NCBI GenBank assembly: GCA_965153355.1
Contig: OZ231126.1
Location: 49,290,001-49,354,000, forward strand
Length of the DNA stretch: 64,000 bases
Direction: 5' to 3'
Origin: Flaccisagitta enflata
Lineage: Eukaryota
The translations under genes and the position numbers were made by a program. The notes under the pieces were generated by a model that had not been told where the DNA came from, did not search any database, and worked only from the letters and a program-made list of their open reading frames with translations. Positions 47,744-59,140 of this stretch are shown piece by piece (within the stretch, counting starts at the first letter, position 1; each line of letters starts with the position of its first letter).

Positions 47744-50700
47744 CTGCAAGCAAAGATTCAGGACAGATCAAAAAGAAAACAGAAACGGACACGAAACGGA
47801 AAACGGTAACAATCAATACAATAGATGATTTATCAGGGAAATATTATGTGAGTGGATATGTGGAAGGAAGAATACTATGTGCTTTCATTGATACAGCGGC
47901 AGACTTAAGCCTTATCTCACACTCATGGAAAAGATATGGTAAAACCACCAATCTAAGAAAGAATATCAAAATAAGATCATTTGATGGCAAATCAAAACAG
48001 ATTTTAAGAAAGACTGTATCATTGAAAATTAATTTTGGTAACGTTGCAGTGAACTTGAAATTCTACCTATGCAAAACTAAGGCACCTATAATAGGCGTAG
48101 ACCTATTAAGGGACCCAAAATTGAATTTATCAATTAATACCAAAAATGAAAAATTCTATATTGATCAAAGATCAATGAAAACTGCAAACAATGAAATCAC
48201 ATCAGATGAGTTCTTGCATAACAGAATTGACCAAGCAAAAACTAACAATGAAATCCGCAGAGATAACACACGGATAAATTGGATAAGGTCAAAGCAAGAT
48301 TGCATATTGAAACCAAACAGCACAACAGACATCATAAGCAAATGTGATCAGAAACCAACAAAACATGAAAAGCAATCATTGTTATCACTATACGACAATG
48401 ACAACGATGACATATACATTCCATCGATGATAGTGTGGTCACCAGAAAAAGAAATTGTTATAACAATCGAGAACAAAACAGACCAAAAGCTGTTAATGAA
48501 AAATGGTACACCACTTGGTGAATTGAAACCATGTACTGACACCATAAATCACAGATCGGTCATGGCATTTGATTATCATGACATACAAGAAGCATTCAAA
48601 CAAATAAGAAATGAAAAGGCCGAAATAAATAATGCTTCTAAAGTTGAAAAAGGCGCCAAATCAAAAACATACTACGTGAATGAGTGCACTATCAAATCAC
48701 TAGTCGACAAACATTCATACACAAAAAGAGTGCATTCAGAAAATAATCCTACCTGTAGGTTAATGAATAGCGCAGCGATTGAAGTCGGCAGCCAAAGTAG
48801 CGCCGAAAAAGCCAAAGGAGGTAGGATTGACGCCTCCGGCTCCAATGAGTCCCACGCGCTTAAAGCGTTTCGGGCGTGCGACCGCGTGGAAGACCAAATA
48901 ATCGAGAATACCGCGCACAAATATTCACTAAGAAGTGAACGCGGAGATGAAAATATTCCAATCGCAGGTACCGAACAATCAGGCATGCCTGTAAATAAGA
49001 AAATTCCGGATAAAGTCAATCAATACAGTGATCATCGCCTATCAGGGGGCGAACTTGCAAGCAATGTTGTCAAAAATGACAACGACAGGCGCCGCCGGGG
49101 TCGACCTGAAAGGCTGAAGAAAGGACGTCCACCAGATATATCTATATATAAAAATGCTTCCGAAGGTCAAACAGACGGTCTAGTAGCCCGCGAAGAACCT
49201 ATAAAGGAAAGCATTAGTGAATACAGTAAAAACCTCGAGGAACAGGAACGCAATGATCAAAATACCCAAATACCACCTGCGTTACCTGCAGATGAAGAAC
49301 CGATGAGATTATCAGAATTAATCGGAATGAATAAAGTGCCATCTGAAACACTTACCAAATGTTACAAAGATGGCATTACCATAGATCTTGATCTAAATGT
49401 GAACGAACCTGACATTGATATAGATGAATCACCAATCAATGTCGATTATGAAAGAACAAGAGGTCAAGATTTCAAATACTGGCCAAACAAACATGAATAT
49501 TTGAAACAATTTGACCTAACGTCAGTTGAAGGCAAGGATAGGGAAAAACTGATCAAGATTTTACTAGATTTCAATCACATTTTCTTCAATGAGGACAGAC
49601 CTGACCAATTCTTTAAAGGCGTGGAGATGAAGCCAATAAAAATCAAATTGAAAGAAGACGCTCCTCCATAAAAGAAAGAAGGACCAAGACGCATCAGCTC
49701 CTCCAAACTCCCATACTTAAAGGCTCACCTGAAGCAGATGTTGGAAAGGGGAATCATTGAGGAGATGTCTGATGACGTTGACTGTCACATGTCGCCAATC
49801 CATGTCGTTCTAGAATCCAGATTCTACAGCAGCCTTAAAAGAAATGTAATAAAATCTAGATTCTGTCTTGACAATCGCGTTTTGAACAATTCCCTAGCTG
49901 ATGTGCAATTTCCCTTGCCTCTGGCAGAGGAGTTCAGGAGAGAAGTGGCCAAGGATGGCTACACTACGTTCAGCAACTTTGACGCTTCCCAAATGTTCTA
50001 CCAATTCAAAATAGACCCAGAAAGCGTCAGGAAATACTTTGGATTTTACGCCCTAGGTAGAGTATACCTACTAAAAAGATTGGCTATGGGCCTAAAAACA
50101 AGTATCAGCTATGTGCAGAAATTTATGGACAAATGTTTCAGATCACACAAAAACTGTATTCCATTTGTTGATGACCTCAGCATCCGGTCAAAAACCATAA
50201 ATACACACTTAAACATTGATCTCCCACTAGCGCTCGCTATCTGTAGTAAGTTTAATATACTTCTTAATCCTAAGAAGTCAGATTTACTCAAAAATGAAGT
50301 GCGCGTGCTGGGATTCCAGCTGGGTAGATCAAGTGAATCAATAGCTGACGAAAAAAAGACAAAAATTAAGGAAATGACATTTCCTGAGACCAAGAAAGAT
50401 GCAATCTCAAAGGCAGCATTCTTTTCATATTTTCTGCCTGTAGCGCCTAAATTGTCACACCTCATGGCACCACTCAGAAGACTGGCACACCCAAAGACAA
50501 GATTCAAACCAACAGAGTCGGACAAGAAATCATTCACAGACCTTAAAGAATACTTGTTGGACGATGAAGTGGGTGCAGTGAGAATGCCATCAAATGACAA
50601 AGAGGCCACAATCCTCATATGGACAGACAGCAGTAGCACATCAATCGGATGCATCATAACTCAATTACTGCCACCACTACCAGATTCCAAATTGGACCCG

Positions 50701-52914
50701 ACCAAGAGATATTTATCCATAGTGGGATGTTACAGCAGAAAGATTGAAGACAGTTGGTCGGTTTATCCAATTTGGATTCTTGAACTGACAGCCTTGGAGG
50801 AGTGTACGAGGAAGTTTTTTTGGCTGTTGGCAGGCAGATCTTTCTATGCTATTACTGATAATACTACAGTGACAGCATGGGCCTCACTGGATCACGTCCC
50901 CAAGGACGTGGCCAGGATGGTCCTGAGGCTCCAAAGATTTGATTACAGAATCCTATGGATAAAATCAGAACTAAACCTGAGCGACTGGATTACAAGGGTA
51001 CCAGTCGACAGCCCACCAGAGGCGAGGTTTCCAAGATTTTTGGCAGGCAGTATCTACGATGGTAAAGGCAAAAACATTCCATGGCAAAAATTATTTTGCA
51101 AAGCTACAGCTCAAGAAACTAAAGATTTCTTTACCAGGAAACGGCGACAGGAGCTGGCCCACGCAGTGGAGCCTGAGAACTTCATTATTCCAGACGAATG
51201 TGAAGCGGAACAAGAGGTGAAGGAAATCATTAACGCCTTGAAGTCGCCGCCGGAAGTCCACGGCGACAGCAGCGACTCAGCGACAAAATCCGCGAAGGAT
51301 GAATATGCGAAAGTCATAGCCGCATACTCCTTGACTGATGATCAGGTAGAGGGCGGCGAGAATGAACTGGAAGAAGATACAGAAATAGACAATGATATTA
51401 CAGCAAAAATTAAATTGCACAGATTCAAAGGTAATAGACTTGAAGGCGTAAAAAGTCTGCAAGAGAATGATGATGCAATTATGGATATCATTAGTCGAAT
51501 AAAATCAAACCAAAAAGATCCACCTAAAACAGAAAGTTTGATTCTAACCCCAGCATTGAAACATTACCTGAAAAACAAATCATTATTCAGGGTGAGTGAG
51601 GATGGTATTTTGCTGAGATTATGGCACAACAAAAACGGCAAAATTGACCAATTAATAGTAGTGGGTGAAAAGAAATTTCATCAAGTTGCGACAGAAGCAC
51701 ACCAACGTATTGAATCAGCACACCGTCACGCCGGTCAAAGAAGGACATTCCTAGCACTGAGCAGACGCTACTTTGCAATTAATATGCGCGCAATTATAAA
51801 TAAGGTAGTCAATAATTGCGCGACATGCAAATTAAACAAATACCCACGCACAAATGCTATTAAGACAGGTAACAAAATCGCCACAGGTTGCAATGAAAAA
51901 GGAGAGATAGACATCTTAGGACCTGTAGGCGGCTTTGGGTCATCCACCACTGGTCAACCACGCTACGTCTATTTTTATATAGACTTGCACAGTCGTTACA
52001 CAATCACAAAAATAATCCCCAGTTGTGCAGATAACCATATACTAGACAGTCTAATCTACACAAGAGACACACTCTGTGGACTGCCAAAAATATTGCAAAT
52101 GGACAACGCACTTTGCTCATCAAACAGTAATTCAGCAAAATTCCTTAGAGAGAGAGGCGTTGAAATCAATCATGGCATGGCAAACATTTCACGCTGTCAG
52201 TCAGCAGTCGAAAGGTCCATAGGCACATTAACAAGACTAATCTGTAGCCTAAGGACGGACAATCCAAAATGGTCATTTACCAGAATTGTAGCCGAAGCCA
52301 CATATATTGCCAATTCAACACCACACACAAGCCTTCCAAACTCACTCTCACCTAAAGAGATCCATTTCAATGTCGCTCCATCAGATTTCCTAATCCACCA
52401 ACATGAGAAGGATGAAATGAGCGACGACGCAGCGGGCGCCGCGCGAGCTGCGAGCCGTGCCACGCTGTTAAACGATGTGAAAAGATCCCTAAAAAGAAAT
52501 GGAAATACAGGTGTGACTGATTATACTAATAAAATCAGACCAGGAATGATATGCTTGAGGAAAAGAACATCTTTTCCCACTTCAAGCCCAAGAAAATTAT
52601 GTTACAAGATAACTTTTGAAGGCTACATGGTCACATCAAAGGTAGCAACAAATTCATTCCGCTGCAGGAACATAAAAACCAATCAAGAATCAATCATTCC
52701 AGGTGATCTATTAGTCAAAATGAAAGGTCTCACCGAAAATGAAGCCATCGAGCTGATAAATGAGATGGAAAAAGTAGCCGCAAAAGAAGCAGAGGCGACG
52801 ACTACCCCAGCCAAACAAGGGGTAAGACGCTCAACAAGAATAGCCGCCAAAAAGGATAAAGCGGCGCCAATAACAGATCCAGACTTGAGCGCATTCTTTA
52901 CAGTCCATCTCTGA
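47740..52914 (+). CDS. pol: Ty3/Gypsy Pol: protease - spacer - reverse transcriptase - RNase H - integrase (one in-frame TAA at 49669-49671)
   Basis: PR FIDTAADLS; RT RFCLDNR, NFDASQMFYQ, LAMGL, PFVDDL; RH WTDSS...ELTAL...ITDN...SDWITR; IN H..H..CATC and DILG / QMDN / VERS (DDE). Order RT-RH-IN indicates Gypsy. The 607-aa and 1058-aa ORFs are in the same frame. Confidence 0.95.
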
Positions 52915-53026
52915 TTTCTTGTTATTATAGTTTTCTTGTTATTATAGTTGGCTACTTTTAAGGAAAAAGAAATAGACGGGGCCTAAAAGGATAATGAATT
53001 GAATAAAATCAAGAATTAAACTGCCC

Positions 53027-54840
53027 CTAGACATAAGAAGTGCCAACTCGAGAGCGTTGCTCGAGTATCTCATTATCCGTCAGATTGCGCCCTTCGCCAA
53101 CTGGCGGCTGACGAGCGTTCACGCCATCGTCCATGGGGACGCCATCAACGCCGCCACCGAACCGCCGATCACGGAAATCCTTCAAACGGGCCCAGAGGCC
53201 ACTGAACCAGTTGACCATATGGGTGACCTTTTCCAGATGTCCGGTCACGGCAGCCACGGTGACGACAATCAAGGCCGCCCCCAGGATCGGATAAGCGATC
53301 CAGCTACGCCAACCACCAGATGACTCGGAGGCGGCCACCAATACAGTGGGACCGGGCGCCACTGTACAGGGGACTTAGTGAACAAGTCCAAACTGGACTG
53401 GAGCTTTTAGAAAGCTTCCAAAAACAAAGTATCATGTTTTTTATTTTAATAAATTTCAAGAAATTAAGAAATGTGCACTCAGACTGGAAAATGAGGCTGA
53501 CTCCACTCCAAATAAAAGACCAGTCACAAAGGAAAATCTCCAAAAAAGACTGAAGAGGAAATGAAGGCCTAAACCACATTGGCCATGGAGCATAACATAA
53601 AAGGACCGGCCTCCCCTGAGGTAAAAAGACAAGTCTGAAATTAAAAAGCCGAAAGAGAAATATTTAAACCTATATTAAACCCGCCGGAGCTAACATGAAA
53701 AATTGACCTGTAATGCCAAAACATATGAGATTAATAAATTATTAGCACAAGAGACACAACTGAAATGGCATTAATAAGAATAAGATCATCAGGTCAATAC
53801 GAGAGGACATAAAAACCAATTGTCTATGCGGGTGCCACAGAATCACCATCGGCGACAGACACAGATTCATACGGTATTTCTCTATCAGACTCATTTCCAA
53901 GAGCGGCACGAGCAAGGCCAGGACCGAAGCCTTGAGAGGCAACCACGTTTTCAAGTGCTGACTTAATGCAGGCCTCCAATCTGTAAATACAAATGATTAA
54001 GTTTCAAAACCAGAAAATCATGCCCTGCAAAGTGAATAATTATGCCGAATGCATGAACCTGTAAATAAAGGATTAGACAGAATAGAAGCAAAAACTTACT
54101 CCAATCTAGCCGCAAAAACGTCGCGAGGGTCGCGAGTATGCATCCCGTCGCAAGGCAAACGCAGTCCATCATGATGCGTCGAGTCCGCGTTGGACCGACT
54201 TTTGAAACAAGCGATTTCCGAATGATACTCAGGTAGGGCACTGCATTGGCGACAGCGACGGTAGCTGATACCATATTCTTCAGTCTGATTGACATCGTCC
54301 GATATTATTTCTTGAACTGTGTTACGAAGGAAATTAGCGTTCATAGGAACGCAGCGCGAAAGTCCAGCGCTATGATAATAGGCCATGCGATAAACGACGA
54401 GCATACACGGCCCATTTTCCTCGCTGAAAATAAAATGGCCGCATTATGACGACAATACTGAACGAACCGCATGCGAAAGAAAAAAAAGCGTGGCCGAAAA
54501 ATTGCAAACTTACTCGTATCCTATCTCTTGGAGAAAAGCCTCTTTTCCACCATCTAACAAAGTCTTAATAGAGACTTGATTGCGAGAGGCCCATTCACGA
54601 ACTGCATATTTCAACTTGGCCTGTGTAAATATACGCAATCAGTATTAAAGACCGACGACGTGAAACGAAATATTCGTGACCGACGATCGAAACCGAAGAT
54701 AAAAAGAGACACACCGTCGGTGATTCATCCTCAGAGGAACGTGAAAATGACACGTAATGCGTAGAGTTGGCCGATCGCGAGCGTCGCATAGAGGCGCTTT
54801 GCGCAGAAGCGACGAGTAGAAACAATAAACAGAAGAGCAT
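53027..54840 (-). CDS. Antisense five-exon gene encoding a predicted 341-aa type I membrane glycoprotein
   Basis: Exons 54840-54715, 54620-54514, 54423-54100, 53980-53847, 53361-53027. All four introns are GT..AG with pyrimidine tracts, and phases 0,2,2,1 join into one open frame. N-terminal signal peptide; TM segment WIAYPILGAALIVVTVAAVTG. Confidence 0.72.
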
Positions 54841-55374
54841 CTTCGATGGATGTAATTCGAAAAAGAGAAGACGTCGATATGAAGACTTTGGACTGATCGT
54901 CCCGAATTATTCGTACGTTATATTTCACTTGTGTAAAGAGTGACCAAGAATTGAAATGAAAACTTATGAAAAAGAAAAGCAAAAATATTAATTCAGAAAA
55001 TAAATTTATTTTAAGAAATGTAAAAAGAAACACAATTCTTGGGAACTCAAATTGAATGATATTATGTTTATTATAATTCTCACATAGAAAGTGTCAAATG
55101 ACCACCCGAAATGTTCTTTAAAAACTCTTGAAGGTCAAACCAAAAGTATTTCGCCGACGAAAAAAATTTTACACTTTAAAACCTTAAAATGTTATGAATA
55201 CCGAAAATACTCAAATTGTTACAATATTTGCCGATACGACTCTCAAGACCATTTTAGTCATACGTATTGTTATTACTACAATTGTTACTTGAAATTAATT
55301 CTCTATTTGACCGTTAAGATATTATTGTTATATAAAAGACTCCGCTCAACTGAATCAAGCAGACTCTTTTTGTC

Positions 55375-55596
55375 GGGGGGGAGAGTCATAAAGGGTACCG
55401 CTCGACCAGAGAATAGAAATGCCAGACTCCGGAAATCATTTCTTATGATTATCGGATCAAATTCCAAGAATCAAGGAATATAAAAAGCTTGATTCGGTTT
55501 GAGAAGGACCTCTTCTATCGGAAAAATTCCTCTTATTATTTCCTCTAACAGTCCAACAGTCCTTCAGTTGCTTATCGAGATAGCTAATTCTCAACT
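55375..55596 (+). mobile_element. Putative polypurine tract (55375-55383) and short 3' LTR (~55384-55596, AGT...ACT)
   Basis: GGGGGGGAG immediately followed by AGTCATAAAG; TATAAAA at ~55479; unique sequence ends ...CTCAACT exactly where the satellite begins. No 5' LTR is in the window for comparison. Confidence 0.5.
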
Positions 55597-56550
55597 CACC
55601 TCTAGACTATCATGCTGACCATCATTTGCTCTTACATCATCTCACCTCTAGACTATCATTCTGACCATTATTCGCTCTTACATCATCTCACCTCTAGACT
55701 ATCATGCTGACCATCATTTGCTCTTACATCATCTCACCTCTAGACTATCATTCTGACCATTATTCGCTCTTACATCTTCTCACCTCTAGACTATAGATCA
55801 TCGACACTGGCTAAAAACCAATTGGTTATCAAAAGTTTCGTTTCCCTTAAATGTCTTCCTATAAGTTTCGACATCGTCACTGCTAAATGTCATTGCCGTC
55901 ATGCCATTTCCGTTTCGTTTCTACATTATGCAACTGACTGTAAGATGTGCTCTTTGAAAATTGGTTCCCTCCCAGTCTCAGTCTACACATGTCACTGATA
56001 TATGCTTTGTATATGCTTTGAGTATTAACAAAGGATGTATGAGTGAATTGATTAATGAATGAATGAATGAATAAGTGAATCAGTGAATGAGTGAATGAAT
56101 GAAAAATGATATGCTCGTACCATTTTTCCTTTTGGTAAGAAACAATTTGGTAATTCATCCTCTTTTTAGTCAAGAAATTTCTATGCATCACTGCCCCTGC
56201 CTAGCCACATCACAGCCCCTGCTTTACCATGTTTCTGTCCACCCTCATAATTGCCCCTGCCCACACTCAAGCGAGTATCCTGCCTTGTAAAAAGCCTCAT
56301 AAAAGGATTATGTCCAACAAAAGAAAACAAGGCAAAGTAGGCTATTATAGGCGCCATTCACATAGTAGAATGAAAGTGTTTTCAACTGACCAACCAACCA
56401 ACTAAACAACCAACAGACACAACCTTACAAAGATTTGCTATTGCACGCGGAAAAAAACATTGTTTGGACTCCTTGTAAACAAGGACAGAAACAAACGGAC
56501 TAGGAGAGAATCTTGTCAGTGAGCGAGGAAAAAAAATCGTAGGTGATCCA

Positions 56551-56588
<38 letters not shown>

Positions 56589-56896
56589 AAACGAATGAAA
56601 TATGAAAAGTCTGTCTCTCTCTCTTTTTCTTCACCTTTTCCTTTGTCTGTCAGTCAGTAGGTCGTGACGGTTTTTGACCATGATGTCGATTGACCGACAC
56701 CATGGGGTGTGACTGTCGATTCCGACAGTCACGACATAAGTTCTCCCAACTCTACTCTAGACTACTATGCTGACCATTATTTGCTCTTACATCATCTCAC
56801 CTCTAGACTATCAAACTGACCATTATTCGCTCTTACATCATCTCACCTCTAGACTATCATGTGCATGCTGACCATTATTCGCTCTTACATCATCTG

Positions 56897-58576
56897 CAGG
56901 CCTTTTTTTAGTGATTTTTTTTGCAGAGCCAACCGGGCTCTCTACTCGCAATTTTACAGAGCCCGACAAAAAAACAGTGAGCCCGGCAAAAAAACAATAC
57001 TGGATAAAAGGCTTCCCAAGTCGTGTGTGGGTGGGCAGGGGTAGTGACAAAATTGGCTAAAAAACATTTGGGCAGGCGTAGTGACATAGAAATCACTTAC
57101 AGGGAATACCCTGCCTACCGGGACGAAAGAAAACGACATATCTCTGCTTCTAAAAATGACGGATCAACTGTTTCAGAGAGAGTTTTTGCTCCAATTTCAT
57201 TATCTATAAACTTTATTATGGTGCGATCAATACTTTGGCCGCAGTATTGCATCCAAATTGTAAAATCTGGAATCATAAAAATTCGAGGTTTTGATGTTTG
57301 AACAACACATCTTCTTTCTCTTGCCAAATCTAGACAAATTGAGCTAGTATGCTCGGGTTGGTCTTGAATGATAGATAATTTGATGTAGTTTTACACTCCA
57401 CCAGTCAATTTGCCTACTTGTCATAATTTTTGGTAATCTAACCAAAATACATGTAAAAAAGTTGATAGATAGTTGATAGATAGTTGATAGATAGTTGATA
57501 GATAGTTGATAGATAGTTGATAGATAGTTGATAGATAGTTGATAGATAGTTGATAGATAGTTGAATGATAGATAATTTGATGTAGTTTTACACTCCACCA
57601 GTCAATTTGCCTACTTGTCATAATTTTTGGTAATCTAACCAAAATACATGTAAAAAAGTTTAATTTTTATCTCTTTCTTCTTTCAATGAATAACAAATTT
57701 TAATGGTAGAACCTTCGGTATCAATTCTTAAAGCTTTTTCATGTAACTACATAAATTCCGTTTCAATTTGAGTATTTTTACCCAATTTCTGTTGCAATGG
57801 TTAACAATTAAGACAATATTCACAGAATTTTCAGATAAATCATCAAAATTAGTCATATTTGGGATTTTTTTTCAGTCTGTTCGTGTACCTTTGGTATGCA
57901 ATCTAGTGGCAATTTTTTTTTAATGACATAAAATTGGTTTTAAAAAAAGGATCTGTTTTCAGATTATTTTTTTCATTTCTAGAGGAGAAAATACATCGTT
58001 TTCTTATGTCCCAGTTGGCATGGTACTCCCTGTATAAACGAAAAAAAAACCAGTGTTACTGACCAACAAATGGACTAATTAATGGACGGATCAATGGACA
58101 TACAGACCTACAGATGGACAGGCCGCCCAACATAGTGGGTTATAGAGTCGCTTGCACACAACTTGAAAAAAACTGAACATTTTACCTAATTCTTTTAAAA
58201 TGTGTGGGCCTCATGACAATGCCATCTTACAATAGCAATTTTTCCCCTGTCTGATCTCATGGTAGAAATAGAATTGTTTCAAAGAAGGCAAAAATCATCA
58301 CATGCTAACTTTTTATACCATCAGTATTAGACACATTTACACGAAAACAATGAGCTTTACTTGTTGATCAATTTATATTTGACGAGTTGACTTTGGAAGA
58401 AATTCATTTTAGTCATTCTTAACTTTGCAAGAATCATCCGATCCATTTGAGTTCAATACATGGCGTCAAATCTGAGATAGCCAGCCGGGCTCAGAGCCAG
58501 CAAAACATGAGTCATGAGAGCCCGACAACAAAATAGAGAGCCACGGGCTCGCGGGCTCGCTCTAAAAAAAGGCCTG
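56897..58576. mobile_element. Non-autonomous TIR DNA transposon (hAT-like) inserted in the satellite
   Basis: TIR CAGGCCTTTTTTTAG ... CTAAAAAAAGGCCTG and subterminal GAGCCCG/CGGGCTC motifs at both ends; no clean TSD seen. Confidence 0.65.
57365..57660. repeat. 11-bp tandem repeat (AGTTGATAGAT)n between two ~100-bp direct repeats
   Basis: Array ~57460-57563; flanking duplication 57365-57463 / 57562-57660. Confidence 0.9.
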
Positions 58577-58828
58577 ATTATTCATCTCACCTCTAGACTA
58601 CCATGCTGACCATTATTCACTCTTACATCATCTCAACTCTAGACTACCAAGCTGACCATAATTCGCTCTTAAATCATCTCACCTCTAGACTATCAATCTG
58701 ACCAATATTCGCTCTTACATCAACTCACCTCTAGACTATCATTCTGACCATTATTCGCTCTTACATCATCTCACCTCTAGACTATCAATCTGACCATTAT
58801 TCGCTCTTACATCATCTCACCTCAAGAC

Positions 58829-59140
58829 TAGGGCGGCTACCTGGATGGTCAAATGTGGTCAAATTTCAGAACGCCTCAGCCAATGTCATATTTAAAAAGG
58901 AAATGAGGCAAGCGGAGATCAGTATCTGGAAAGAAAGCCCGCAAGGCAACACTATAGAGTGTCAATGGGCTTAAAATTGCTCTCCTATACTTTACCATTG
59001 TGTTGCTGTGTGGATTTCCTGATCAAATACCGACCTCTGCTTGTCTGATTTACTGCCCAAATGCCGCTTAGCATGTATGGTTTATATGGCGGAGGAATTT
59101 TAAATTTTGAGCCAAATCTACCCTTCAGGTAACCAGCCTA
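58829..59140. mobile_element. hAT-like MITE with 8-bp target duplication; 5' fragment repeated at ~59473-59582
   Basis: CTCAAGAC|TAGGGCGGCTACCTG ... CAGGTAACCAGCCTA|CTCTTGAC; both flanks are one mismatch from the satellite's CTCTAGAC. Confidence 0.75.

Larger units (their letters stand above)
19106..49411. repeat. ~30-kb inverted duplication (fold-back) with apex at ~35630-35640
   Basis: 19106-22150 is the reverse complement of ~46390-49411; 23870-24390 matches 44161-44680; sequence either side of 35635 is self-complementary (CCTGGTGGTTGG..CCAGCCACCAGG). Confidence 0.95.

Noticed and set aside
49669-49671. TAA between protease and RT ORFs as a second programmed readthrough
   Set aside because: It falls inside the conserved pre-RT segment (KEDAPP*KKEGPRRIS) with no leaky context; more likely a nonsense mutation or base error.
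52480-52914. Chromodomain at the integrase C-terminus
   Set aside because: No aromatic-cage pattern visible; the tail is a basic, low-complexity stretch (RRSTRIAAKK).
54020-54062. Nearer splice acceptors for intron 3 of the antisense gene
   Set aside because: Both lead to stops within a few codons; only the acceptor at 53981 keeps the frame open (they could still yield minor truncated isoforms).
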